64,000 nt of DNA. It comes from Hydrogenophilales bacterium (GTDB taxonomy: Bacteria > Pseudomonadota > Gammaproteobacteria > Burkholderiales > Eutrophovitaceae). Positions 9,039 through 17,868 of this stretch are shown here, one piece after another. Location: NCBI GenBank assembly GCA_902601765.1, contig CACKOO010000001.1, forward strand, positions 807 to 64,806. The letters run 5' to 3'. Made by a program: the position numbers and the translations under genes. The notes beneath the pieces were generated by a model. The model worked only from the letters and a program-made list of their open reading frames with translations. It made no database searches and was not told the origin of the DNA. Positions within the stretch are counted from its first letter, which is position 1. Every line of letters begins with the position of its first letter.

Positions 9039-10778
9039 TCAAAAGGTTATGTCTTTATTGATGCTATTAATTAACAGTTGTTGATCCTCATGGCTTGTAT
9101 TGCTTGAGATTATTTTTCTTATCAGAGGCTTAATTTTAGATATATTGGTTTGCATTATAATATTTTTAATTTGCAATAGGTTGGTTGGATGCATAGAGAG
9201 GGTTCTTAGCCCCAATCCAAGAAGCAATCTTGTTAGCGAAACATCACCAGCCATTTCTCCACATACTGCTATCGGCTTCCCAGCTGATTTAGCCGCTAAT
9301 ACTATCCTGCTGAGAAGTTGAAGAATTGCAGGGTGTAGAGGGTTATATAATTGGGACACAGAATCATCGGTACGATCTACGGCTAATGTGTACTGTATAA
9401 GGTCATTAGTTCCAACAGAGAAAAAATCAAATTTTTCTAAAAAAATATTGATCGCTAAGGCAGCTGCCGGTACCTCGATCATTGCCCCGAGCTCTATGTT
9501 TTTATCAAACATAATTTTTTCGTTTTCGAGGCTATTTTTCGCATCTTTTATCGAATCTAATGTTTGATCTATTTCCTGAGAGTCCATTAGCATCGGGATC
9601 AGTATTTTTATACTACCATGATTTGAAGCCCTTAAAATTGCCCGTATTTGGTGTCTGAACATTTCAGGTTCTGCCAAACAAAGTCTGATAGCTCTGAGTC
9701 CTAAAGCAGGATTAGGCGCCATTGGTCGGTTTAATTGTTCGGTGTGTTTGTCAGCTCCGAGGTCAAAAGTACGGATTATTAATGATTTACCATTCAAATT
9801 TAAGACAGCATTTTTATAGGTGATATATTGTTCTTCCTCGGTGGGCAAATCCCCTCGACCCAGATATAGAAATTCTGTCCGAAATAGCCCGATCCCCTCC
9901 GCACCATTGTTTATCGCTTGTTCTGTATCACTGGGAAGTTCTATATTAGCTAGAAGGTCTATTTTGACGCCATCTTTGGTTATGCTTGGTTTCTTTTTTA
10001 ATTTGTGAAGTATTTTTTGTTTTTTTTCGATATCAATTTTTTTTTGTTTAAATTGATCAACGATTTTTTTATGAGGAGCTACCATTACCACTCCATTGGT
10101 GCCGTCCACAATTATTTTATCCCCTTCTCTAATCAGTTGACGGGCGTCATGGAGAGCCACAATTGATGGGACATTGAGGCTACGGGCTATGATTGCTGTA
10201 TGTGATGTTGTTCCACCAACGTCGGTAATAAAGCTCGTGAGGTTTTGGTTTTTATATTGAATCAGTTCGGCTGGAGAAATATCATGCGCTACAATTATAA
10301 TTTTTTCATCCGAGTTCAAGATTTTTTGGTTTTCACCTTCACCGTACAGTATTCTTAAAACCCTCTCTACTACTTGAATAATATCGTTACGACGTTCACT
10401 CAAATAATCATCTTTGATAGCTAAAAATTTTTCGAGAAGAGTTTCTAGCTGGAGTTTTAGAGCCCATTCGGCGTTACATAAAAGCTCTGTGATTTTCGTT
10501 TTAGGAGCTTCTGATAAGATTGGATCGTCGAGAATCAGCAAATGAAGCTTGATAAAAGCTTCGAATTCTGTTGGGGAATTTCGAGGGATTCGATCTTTCA
10601 GTTGAAGTAAATCGTTTCTCGCTTTGGTAATTGCTTTATCAAAACGTTTTATTTCTGAATCTATTGCAACAACATCTACTTCATAATGAGCAACCTCAGA
10701 GTAGGCGTGAGAAAGCAGATGGGCTCTTCCTATAGCTATTCCATCGGAGATTCCAATCCCATGAATAGTAAAGCTCAT
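9039..10778 (-). CDS. ptsI: PTS enzyme I (PEP-protein phosphotransferase), no GAF domain
   Basis: Phospho-His motif GGTTSHTAIIAR, plus GIGLFRTEFL, MIEVPAA, SVGTNDLIQY and VCGEMAG. Confidence 0.96.
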   Translation of the reverse strand: MSFTIHGIGISDGIAIGRAHLLSHAYSEVAHYEVDVVAIDSEIKRFDKAITKARNDLLQLKDRIPRNSPTEFEAFIKLHLLILDDPILSEAPKTKITELLCNAEWALKLQLETLLEKFLAIKDDYLSERRNDIIQVVERVLRILYGEGENQKILNSDEKIIIVAHDISPAELIQYKNQNLTSFITDVGGTTSHTAIIARSLNVPSIVALHDARQLIREGDKIIVDGTNGVVMVAPHKKIVDQFKQKKIDIEKKQKILHKLKKKPSITKDGVKIDLLANIELPSDTEQAINNGAEGIGLFRTEFLYLGRGDLPTEEEQYITYKNAVLNLNGKSLIIRTFDLGADKHTEQLNRPMAPNPALGLRAIRLCLAEPEMFRHQIRAILRASNHGSIKILIPMLMDSQEIDQTLDSIKDAKNSLENEKIMFDKNIELGAMIEVPAAALAINIFLEKFDFFSVGTNDLIQYTLAVDRTDDSVSQLYNPLHPAILQLLSRIVLAAKSAGKPIAVCGEMAGDVSLTRLLLGLGLRTLSMHPTNLLQIKNIIMQTNISKIKPLIRKIISSNTSHEDQQLLINSINKDITF

Positions 10779-10838
10779 TTTATTTCCATCTTCATTGTCC
10801 TGAAAATTAAAAAACGGGGTTACCTAGACAGACATCGT

Positions 10839-11108
10839 TCATTCGGCTTCATTAAATTTATTTCCTATGAGCTGGTTAATAGTTTCTATCGCTAAATGTT
10901 CGTCTATACCATCAACCTCTATATCCACTTTTTCACCTTTAGCAGCTGCTAACATCATCACTCCCATAATACTTTTAGCATTAACTTTTTGCCCCGATTT
11001 GCTGATCCATATCTCACTTTCAAAGGTTCCAGCTAACTGCGTTAATTTCGCCGAAGCTCTCGCGTGAAGTCCTAGCTTGTTAATTATTTCAATTTGTTTA
11101 ATTTTCAT
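10839..11108 (-). CDS. ptsH: Phosphocarrier protein HPr
   Basis: NKLGLHARAS (His15) and NAKSIMG (Ser46). Confidence 0.95.
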   Translation of the reverse strand: MKIKQIEIINKLGLHARASAKLTQLAGTFESEIWISKSGQKVNAKSIMGVMMLAAAKGEKVDIEVDGIDEHLAIETINQLIGNKFNEAE

Positions 11109-11116
11109 ATATTTAG

Positions 11117-11527
11117 CTAATTTGTGTGAACCCTTTGGATTCCCGATATTCCACCGGATAGAGTTTTACTCACTAGGCTTTCGATATTTTGCTCTCTGTA
11201 GTTCATTGCTCGCAACAGCATGGACAGGTTTAATCCACTGACTGCCTCTACCTTGCGGGGTACCAGTAAGTTTTTTGTGATATTGCAAGGAGTTGCTCCG
11301 ACAATATCCGTAAGGATGAGTACACCATTCCCAGTTTCAATTTTTTTAATTATTTTTTTAGCCAACTTTATGGTTACATCAGGAGACAAGTCGTCTTTTA
11401 CCCCCAAAAAGTCTAGAGATTCAAATTCCTTACCAAGAATGCGAGTAGCCACATCAATTAAGGCCTCTCCTAGATTACCGTGCGTTAGAAGAAAAATCCC
11501 CACTACTGTTTGTGTTTCAGACTTCAT
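11117..11527 (-). CDS. PTS EIIA component, mannose/fructose family (stand-alone)
   Basis: Motifs LLTHG, GVLILTDIVGATPCN and GLNLSML. Confidence 0.9.
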   Translation of the reverse strand: MKSETQTVVGIFLLTHGNLGEALIDVATRILGKEFESLDFLGVKDDLSPDVTIKLAKKIIKKIETGNGVLILTDIVGATPCNITKNLLVPRKVEAVSGLNLSMLLRAMNYREQNIESLVSKTLSGGISGIQRVHTN

Positions 11528-11547
11528 GAGCGTATAAAAATAAAACT

Positions 11548-12495
11548 TTATTTATCATTATATTTTGCTTCGATTGATTGGATTACTATTTCTGCAACAT
11601 TACACTCGGTTTGATCAGCTATTTCTTGCATGCAGGTTGGACTAGTTACGTTAACTTCGGTAAGGAAATCTCCGATAATATCTAGGCCGACTATGAAAAG
11701 TCCTTTTGCAGCTAGTTTTGGCCCTATCGATGAGGCAATTTCTAATTCTCGAGTTGTTAACGGCATGGCTACTCCCTTACCTCCCGCCGCCAGGTTTCCC
11801 CGGACCTCGCCTATTTTTGGAATTCTAGCAAGGGAAAAAGGAATAGGCTTGCCGTCGATTAGCAAGACTCTTTTGTCCCCTAGCGTTATTTCCGATATAA
11901 ATTTTTGAGCCATGATGGTACATTTTTCATTTCGCGTAATTGTCTCTATGATAACGTTAATATTTGGGTCTGATTTTGTGACTTTAAATATTGAGGTTCC
12001 ACCCATCCCATCTAGTGGTTTAAGAATGATTTCTCCGTAAAATCGCAGAAATTGTTTTATATCAGGCGCGTGACGGGACACAAGAGTAGGGGTGATGAAT
12101 TCGGGGTAATCTGTTATGCCTAGTTTTTCATTTTGGCTTCGAACCGAAGATGGGGAGTTGACAACTCTTGCTCCTTGTTTTTCTGCGATATCTAGAAGAT
12201 AAGTAAGATAAAAATATTCTACATCAACCGGAGGATCTTTTCTCACTAAGATCAAATCGAAGGAGTCCAGTTCCTTGGTGGCAGAATTTTCGATCTGGTA
12301 CCAAGTATCTTTTTTCTCCTGCAGATTGATTTGATGACTTAAGGCTAAAACTTTACCGTTTTGGTACCTGAGATTTGTAGCATGGATAACTGTAACTTTA
12401 TGATTTCTGTTTTGTGCTGCTCTCATCATGGCAACAGATGAATCTTTCGTTATATTGAGAGAATCTATGGGGTCAATTATAAAAGCAATATCCAT
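11548..12495 (-). CDS. gshB: Glutathione synthetase
   Basis: Motifs KDSS, RKDPP, NEKL, KPLDGMGG, RGNLAAGG and EVNVTSPT. Confidence 0.97.
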   Translation of the reverse strand: MDIAFIIDPIDSLNITKDSSVAMMRAAQNRNHKVTVIHATNLRYQNGKVLALSHQINLQEKKDTWYQIENSATKELDSFDLILVRKDPPVDVEYFYLTYLLDIAEKQGARVVNSPSSVRSQNEKLGITDYPEFITPTLVSRHAPDIKQFLRFYGEIILKPLDGMGGTSIFKVTKSDPNINVIIETITRNEKCTIMAQKFISEITLGDKRVLLIDGKPIPFSLARIPKIGEVRGNLAAGGKGVAMPLTTRELEIASSIGPKLAAKGLFIVGLDIIGDFLTEVNVTSPTCMQEIADQTECNVAEIVIQSIEAKYNDK

Positions 12496-12617
12496 TAAAT
12501 ATTCTGCTACCTTTTGGTTAAGTTTTTAAGCGAGAATTATTTTCAAGCCGTAGTATAGCAAACAGGCAGGGGGTTTTAATAACGAATGGAATTTTTATCT
12601 GAGGAAAAAAAAAGAAG

Positions 12618-12646
12618 AAAAAAAAGGGCGCTAAATCAGCGCCCTT
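12618..12646 (-). terminator. Rho-independent terminator of glnK-amtB
   Basis: Perfect stem AAGGGCGCT / AGCGCCCTT with a 5-nt loop, followed on the minus strand by a long U-tract, about 30 nt after the amtB stop. Confidence 0.85.
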
Positions 12647-12678
12647 GGAGAGTAATTACCTAGAGGAGTAAATGGTAA

Positions 12679-14091
12679 CTACGGTTGAGTGTTATAGGGG
12701 TTCTCACCATGTGTGGTTTTGTCTAGACCTTCTCTCTCTTCCTCTTCAGAAGGACGTAGTCCAACAATTCCATCTACTATTTTATAAAGAATAACGCTTA
12801 TAATTCCGGTCCAAATTATTGTTACCAAGACAGCGATTATCTGAGTAGTGGTTTGTCCACCCATTGTTATCCCATCATCGTATCCGACTCCCCCAAAGCT
12901 CGGAGCCATCAAGATACCAGTACCTACTGCGCCAACAATTCCTCCGACGCCATGAACCCCGAAAACGTCCAAAGAATCATCATACCCAAACATGCTCTTC
13001 AGGCCTGTGCAAGCCCAAAGACAAACCACACCTGCAATTAGTCCTAAAATTATTGCTCCCATTGGTCCAACTGAGCCGCAGGCAGGGGTTATTGCCACTA
13101 ATCCGGCAATAGCTCCCGAAGCTGCTCCCAGCATGGTTGGCTTACCCTTAGAAAACCATTCCAGCATTACCCAAGAAATCACTGCTGCTGAGGTTGCGAG
13201 TTGGGTGTTGGCTAATACCATTCCAGCGGTTCCGTCTGCAGCAAGTTCGCTACCTACGTTAAATCCGAACCACCCTACCCACAAAAGTGAGGCTCCAATC
13301 ATTGTAAATGGCAAATTGTGTGGAGGCATAGCTTCTGATCCGTAGCCCATTCGTTTTCCAACTAATATGCAACCGACCAAAGCAGCTACGCCAGCGTTAA
13401 TATGTACCACAGTTCCTCCGGCGAAATCGATAGCCCCAAGTTGGGAGAGAAATCCTCCACCCCAAACCATGTGCCAAATTGGAACGTAACAGAATGTTAG
13501 CCAAAGGGCCGAAAACAAAAGAACGGCGGAGAACTTAATTCTCTCAGCAAATGCTCCAACTATGAGGGCAGGGGTTATGCACGCAAAAGTCATTTGAAAT
13601 GTCATGAAAACATACTCTGGTATTGTCCCACTCATAGTTGTGTCGTCAATTCCAGATAAGAACAGAGCGCTGAAACCCCCGTATATTGCGTTTAATGGAC
13701 CCTCGGTAGCCGCCAAGCTGTATCCGTAAATCGCCCACAGAATTGACATCAATGATACCGTTACAAAAACCTGCATTAACACAGATAGCATGTTTTTTGC
13801 TCGTACTAGACCACCATAAAATAACGCTAATCCAGGAATGCTCATCATGATAACTAAGATTGTTGCCATTATCATCCAAGCCGTATCTCCGCTATCCAAA
13901 GCTGGTTCTGCTTCAGCCATGGCGACCGGCACTTCCTCTGACAACGTTGCACCACCATCTGCATGATTGTCAGCTAGTAAAATTAATCCATCATGAAAAG
14001 CGTCGCTTTGCACGTCTGAGTTAGCTTGTGCCATCAGACCGCTAAGGGCGGCGACAATTCCTACCAGGTATAGTATTCTTTTAAACATCAT
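12679..14091 (-). CDS. amtB: Ammonium transporter
   Basis: Motifs GDTAW, PGLALFYGGLVR, FQMTFA, DFAGGTVVHINAG, LLWVGWFGFN and DDSLDVFGVHG (twin His present). Confidence 0.97.
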   Translation of the reverse strand: MMFKRILYLVGIVAALSGLMAQANSDVQSDAFHDGLILLADNHADGGATLSEEVPVAMAEAEPALDSGDTAWMIMATILVIMMSIPGLALFYGGLVRAKNMLSVLMQVFVTVSLMSILWAIYGYSLAATEGPLNAIYGGFSALFLSGIDDTTMSGTIPEYVFMTFQMTFACITPALIVGAFAERIKFSAVLLFSALWLTFCYVPIWHMVWGGGFLSQLGAIDFAGGTVVHINAGVAALVGCILVGKRMGYGSEAMPPHNLPFTMIGASLLWVGWFGFNVGSELAADGTAGMVLANTQLATSAAVISWVMLEWFSKGKPTMLGAASGAIAGLVAITPACGSVGPMGAIILGLIAGVVCLWACTGLKSMFGYDDSLDVFGVHGVGGIVGAVGTGILMAPSFGGVGYDDGITMGGQTTTQIIAVLVTIIWTGIISVILYKIVDGIVGLRPSEEEEREGLDKTTHGENPYNTQP

Positions 14092-14120
14092 TTATCTCCA
14101 CTTCAAATATTAAGTTTGAC

Positions 14121-14459
<339 letters not shown>

Positions 14460-14516
14460 TTATAATTTCGGTCCAAATGGGTTGAAAAAAATTGAGAAAT
14501 ACATAGGAACACTTTT

Positions 14517-14532
14517 AGCATTTACCGTGCCA
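14517..14532 (-). promoter_or_regulatory. sigma54 (-24/-12) promoter of glnK-amtB
   Basis: Minus strand reads TGGCACGGTAAATGCT, i.e. GG-N10-GC and close to TGGCACG-N4-TTGCW, 57 nt upstream of the glnK start. Confidence 0.85.
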
Positions 14533-14585
14533 AGGTAAAATACCTTGATGATGCCTTTGCCCAAACTAACAAATATCATAGCTTT

Positions 14586-14632
14586 CGCACCAAATGAGGG
14601 CTTTTTTGATTTAAACGCCCTTATCCAGTGCG
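14586..14632. promoter_or_regulatory. Pair of NtrC-binding sites upstream of glnK
   Basis: cGCACCAAATGAGGGCt (14586-14602) and cGCCCTTATCCAGTGCg (14616-14632) each have one mismatch to the GCAC-N7-GTGC core and lie 30 bp apart. Confidence 0.75.
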
Positions 14633-14654
14633 TACAACTTGGAGAGCTAAAAAA

Positions 14655-14903
14655 ATGAAACAGGAAAAGATCGAAGAAATTTGTACGAAAATTCAAGAAT
14701 TATTCGCGCAAACTCCCCTAAGTGATATTCGCAAGAATCTGAGGACAATTCTTCTCAATAATCTATCCGATATGGATCTAGTAACTCGTGAAGAATTTGA
14801 TGTTCAGACAACAGTCCTCAACCGAGCTAAAGAAAAATTGATATTACTTGAGAAAAGAATCGATCAACTTAATAGCCAATCAGTAAGTAGCCGTGGAAAA
14901 TAA
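14655..14903 (+). CDS. ubiK: Ubiquinone biosynthesis accessory factor (BMFP/YqiC family)
   Basis: MDLVTREEFDVQ..VL.R..EKL..LE.RI signature. ATG at 14655 follows GGAG. Divergent from glnK, its usual position. Confidence 0.9.
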   Translation: MKQEKIEEICTKIQELFAQTPLSDIRKNLRTILLNNLSDMDLVTREEFDVQTTVLNRAKEKLILLEKRIDQLNSQSVSSRGK

Positions 14904-14949
14904 TAAACTGATAAAATGAACCGCAGGCTTAATTTACCCTCTTATAATC

Positions 14950-16374
14950 ATGAAAAACATACTACTCAACGGCATTGTCGCTATGCTTACCATGGGAGGC
15001 TCATTTAGTGTTTTTGCCGATGATGCCTCTTCCGTGCATACGTATTTAGTTCGAGTTGATGATCTGCTGACCAAAATCCATGTAACAGCATGTTTTAAAG
15101 GAAAGCCAAACTTCAAGCTAGTTGCTGAATCACTGGATGCCTCTATAGCGCTTGTCAGTCTCAAAATTAAAAGTACGGGCAAAAAACTGAATCCGAGCGG
15201 TTCCATCAGTTTGCATCAGTTAAACACGGACGATTGTGTCAACTATGTTGTTAATGTGGCACAACCTATTATGAAACATGACAAAAGGCCAATGACAATT
15301 AAAAGAATAGGCCGTGATTTGGTAACTGCTGAGGGAATTTGGCTTTGGAGACCGGAGCGTCTTCCCATTGACGAAAAAGTGGAGATAACTTTTGAATTAC
15401 CAACCGGTGTTCAGATTTCAGCTCCTTGGCTTCGAACTGGTGGGGAGACTGTTGATACTTTCAGTTTTAATCAGACACCATATGACTGGCCAGCTTTTAT
15501 AGCTCTCGGGTATTTCACGGAGGACACTGTCATGGTAGGAGATTCTGTTTTGCGTGTGGCTATACTCGAAAGTAAGAGGCAGGTTAACTTCAAATCATCT
15601 ATTCTCAATGGTATAGAGGAAGCAGCTAAAATTGTCAGCTCTGTAACTGGTAATTTTCCGGCTTCTGACTTGCAGGTATTGGTGGAACCCGGAGGATATG
15701 GACCCAACGCGATTCCAATGGGTTATGTGTCCAGAGGAGGTAAACCTGCTGTCCACCTCCATATTAACGAGAGAAAACATAAATCGTTTTCGAAGGATAC
15801 TACTTTACTTCACGAATTTTCCCACTTACTTCTTCCAAAAGTTGATGATCAAGAGTCTTGGTTGACAGAAGGTTTAGCAACATACTATGAATATATCTTG
15901 TCTGGTAGAAGCGGTTATTTTTCCACACGTAGTACCTTAAACACTTTTGCAAAAAACTTTGAGTTAGCACGGCTTACTGCACCTACCCAGTCCTTGCGAG
16001 ACATCTCAAAATCAAGAGGGTTTGGAAAAGGTAGAGATAAGGTGTATTGGGGCGGAGCAGCTGTTTTTTTCGTAGCCGATATAAAATTGAGAATGATGAC
16101 TAACGATACTTACACGCTTGATACGTTGTTGGCGGAATTTGCTGATTGCTGTGCAAAAAATCAAACTATTTGGACCGGGGAGAAACTTTTCAGGGAGTTT
16201 GATCGAATATCCGGGCAAAACATTTTTTCTGAACTTTACCGGGATAATGTCGTTGGAACCTTGTTTCCAGATGTTAAAAATGCTTTTGATTTACTAGGTT
16301 TTCAGGTAAGTGGGTTTGGGCAAGATAGTGGAATTGATAGAAATAGCAGGCTTAGACTTACAATTTTTAAATAA
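14950..16374 (+). CDS. Secreted gluzincin metallopeptidase (M1/M61-like, no PDZ domain evident)
   Basis: Signal peptide ending VFA, LLHEFSHLL (HExxH), downstream WLTEGLATYY third-ligand motif and VYWGGA. Confidence 0.75.
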   Translation: MKNILLNGIVAMLTMGGSFSVFADDASSVHTYLVRVDDLLTKIHVTACFKGKPNFKLVAESLDASIALVSLKIKSTGKKLNPSGSISLHQLNTDDCVNYVVNVAQPIMKHDKRPMTIKRIGRDLVTAEGIWLWRPERLPIDEKVEITFELPTGVQISAPWLRTGGETVDTFSFNQTPYDWPAFIALGYFTEDTVMVGDSVLRVAILESKRQVNFKSSILNGIEEAAKIVSSVTGNFPASDLQVLVEPGGYGPNAIPMGYVSRGGKPAVHLHINERKHKSFSKDTTLLHEFSHLLLPKVDDQESWLTEGLATYYEYILSGRSGYFSTRSTLNTFAKNFELARLTAPTQSLRDISKSRGFGKGRDKVYWGGAAVFFVADIKLRMMTNDTYTLDTLLAEFADCCAKNQTIWTGEKLFREFDRISGQNIFSELYRDNVVGTLFPDVKNAFDLLGFQVSGFGQDSGIDRNSRLRLTIFK

Positions 16375-16417
16375 ACCTCCCAGCAAGTTATCCAACCATT
16401 CTGTTATCATTCGTAAT

Positions 16418-17836
16418 ATGGATAATATTGAAGAATTTTGTTTTTTGGATATAGCCAGCCTGGTCAAGCTAATTTTTGACAAAGATGTAAAGGCGGAAGA
16501 GGTGATTCAGGCTCATGTCAATCGGATTGAAAAATTAAACGGTTCTGTAAATGCTGTGGTTACTTTTACCCCGGAAAAAGCATTAAAGGAAGCTCGGATG
16601 GTAGACCAGGCAATAGCGGCTGGCCGCAATGTTGGGCCATTGGCTGGAATCCCGGTTTTATACAAGGATCTAACCTATACCAAGGGGGTTAAAACCACGT
16701 TCGGTTCGCCGATATATGAAAACTTTGTCCCATCAGTTGATTCCATTATCGTTGAAAGATTAAAAAAATCAGGTGCCATTTCCCTAGGGAAAACCAATAC
16801 CCCAGAATTTGGAGCAGGTTCGCAAACTTTTAATAATGTGTTTGGTTCCACTAAAAATCCTTATGATTTGACGAAGACTTGCGGTGGATCTAGTGGCGGA
16901 TCAGCTGTCGCTGTGGCCTGTGGTTTTTCACCAATTGCTGATGGTACGGATTTTGGTGGATCTCTTCGTAACCCAGCTAGTTTTTGTAATGTGGTAGGTT
17001 TTAGGCCATCATCTGGTGTAGTACCGGTATGGCCAAAAACATCCGGATGGTTTCCCCTCAGTGTCTCAGGCCCAATGGCAAGGACTGTAAAAGACCTAGC
17101 ATTAATGTTGTCAGTAATGGCTGGCTATGATGAACGAGATCCGATATCACTTGATAGGTCTGGCGCTGCCATGCTGAGACCTCTAGAAAAAAACTTCAAA
17201 GACGTAAGAGTTGCATGGAGCCCTACCTTGGGAGGTCTTCCTGTAGAAGCAGAAGTTTTGTCAATTATTGAATCACAAAGAAAAGTTTTTGAAAGCTTAG
17301 GGTGCATTGTAGAGGAAGCAACCCCCGATTTATCGGATGCTGACGAGATCTTTGAGGTCATGCGAGCTTGGCATTATGATGTTTGTTTTGGGGAATTATT
17401 TGATACAAAAAAATCACAGATGAAGGATACCGTTCTGTGGAATATAGAAGAGGGGAAAAAGCTAAGCGGTACTGATCTAGCTAAAATTGAAAATAAGAGG
17501 ACGAAGCTACATGAGAAAATCATCCAATTTCAGTCGCAATACGACTATTTAATAGCCCCAGCAGTACAGGTTCTTCCTTTCGACGTCGATCAACCTTTCG
17601 TCACTGAAATTAACAATGTTAAATTAGATACCTATATTGAATGGATGCGATCTTGCTACAGGGTATCGGTTACTGGCTTACCCGCCATGTCGGTTCCCTG
17701 TGGTTTCTCTAAAACAGGATTACCTGTTGGTGTTCAAATTGTCGGTGGGTTTCGAAAGGACTTCTCAGTCTTGCAAATGGGTCACGCATTCGAATCGGTG
17801 ACAAAGTTTTGGCAAAGAAAGCCGGTGTTAGCGTGA
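16418..17836 (+). CDS. Amidase-signature family enzyme
   Basis: Motifs GPLAGIPVLYKD, GKTNTPEFG, GGSSGGSA and GTDFGGSLRNPA (Ser-cisSer-Lys triad). ATG 16418 chosen to avoid overlap with the upstream gene. Confidence 0.93.
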   Translation: MDNIEEFCFLDIASLVKLIFDKDVKAEEVIQAHVNRIEKLNGSVNAVVTFTPEKALKEARMVDQAIAAGRNVGPLAGIPVLYKDLTYTKGVKTTFGSPIYENFVPSVDSIIVERLKKSGAISLGKTNTPEFGAGSQTFNNVFGSTKNPYDLTKTCGGSSGGSAVAVACGFSPIADGTDFGGSLRNPASFCNVVGFRPSSGVVPVWPKTSGWFPLSVSGPMARTVKDLALMLSVMAGYDERDPISLDRSGAAMLRPLEKNFKDVRVAWSPTLGGLPVEAEVLSIIESQRKVFESLGCIVEEATPDLSDADEIFEVMRAWHYDVCFGELFDTKKSQMKDTVLWNIEEGKKLSGTDLAKIENKRTKLHEKIIQFQSQYDYLIAPAVQVLPFDVDQPFVTEINNVKLDTYIEWMRSCYRVSVTGLPAMSVPCGFSKTGLPVGVQIVGGFRKDFSVLQMGHAFESVTKFWQRKPVLA

Positions 17837-17868
17837 TTGATGTTTAATATTTTTAGTAAAGTTGAAAT

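Noticed and set aside
10013-10050. Long T/A homopolymer runs in ptsI and other genes as phase-variation sites
   Set aside because: They encode Lys-rich stretches in an AT-rich genome, and the reading frames are intact.
14460-14696. 78-aa minus-strand ORF upstream of glnK
   Set aside because: It overlaps the sigma54 promoter, NtrC sites and ubiK start, which explain the region better.
16310-16417. N-terminal extensions given by the ORF track for the amidase (also glyS, plsC, dsbC, porin, lptF, glnA)
   Set aside because: They overlap neighbouring genes or precede clear SD/signal-peptide starts, so downstream starts were chosen.
16402-16420. Leaderless-mRNA pattern (TAnnnT 6-7 nt before ATG) at the amidase, the 17869 gene, apaG and the 45.1-kb lipoprotein
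   Set aside because: A few such matches are expected by chance among about 65 starts in AT-rich DNA; TSS data would be needed.
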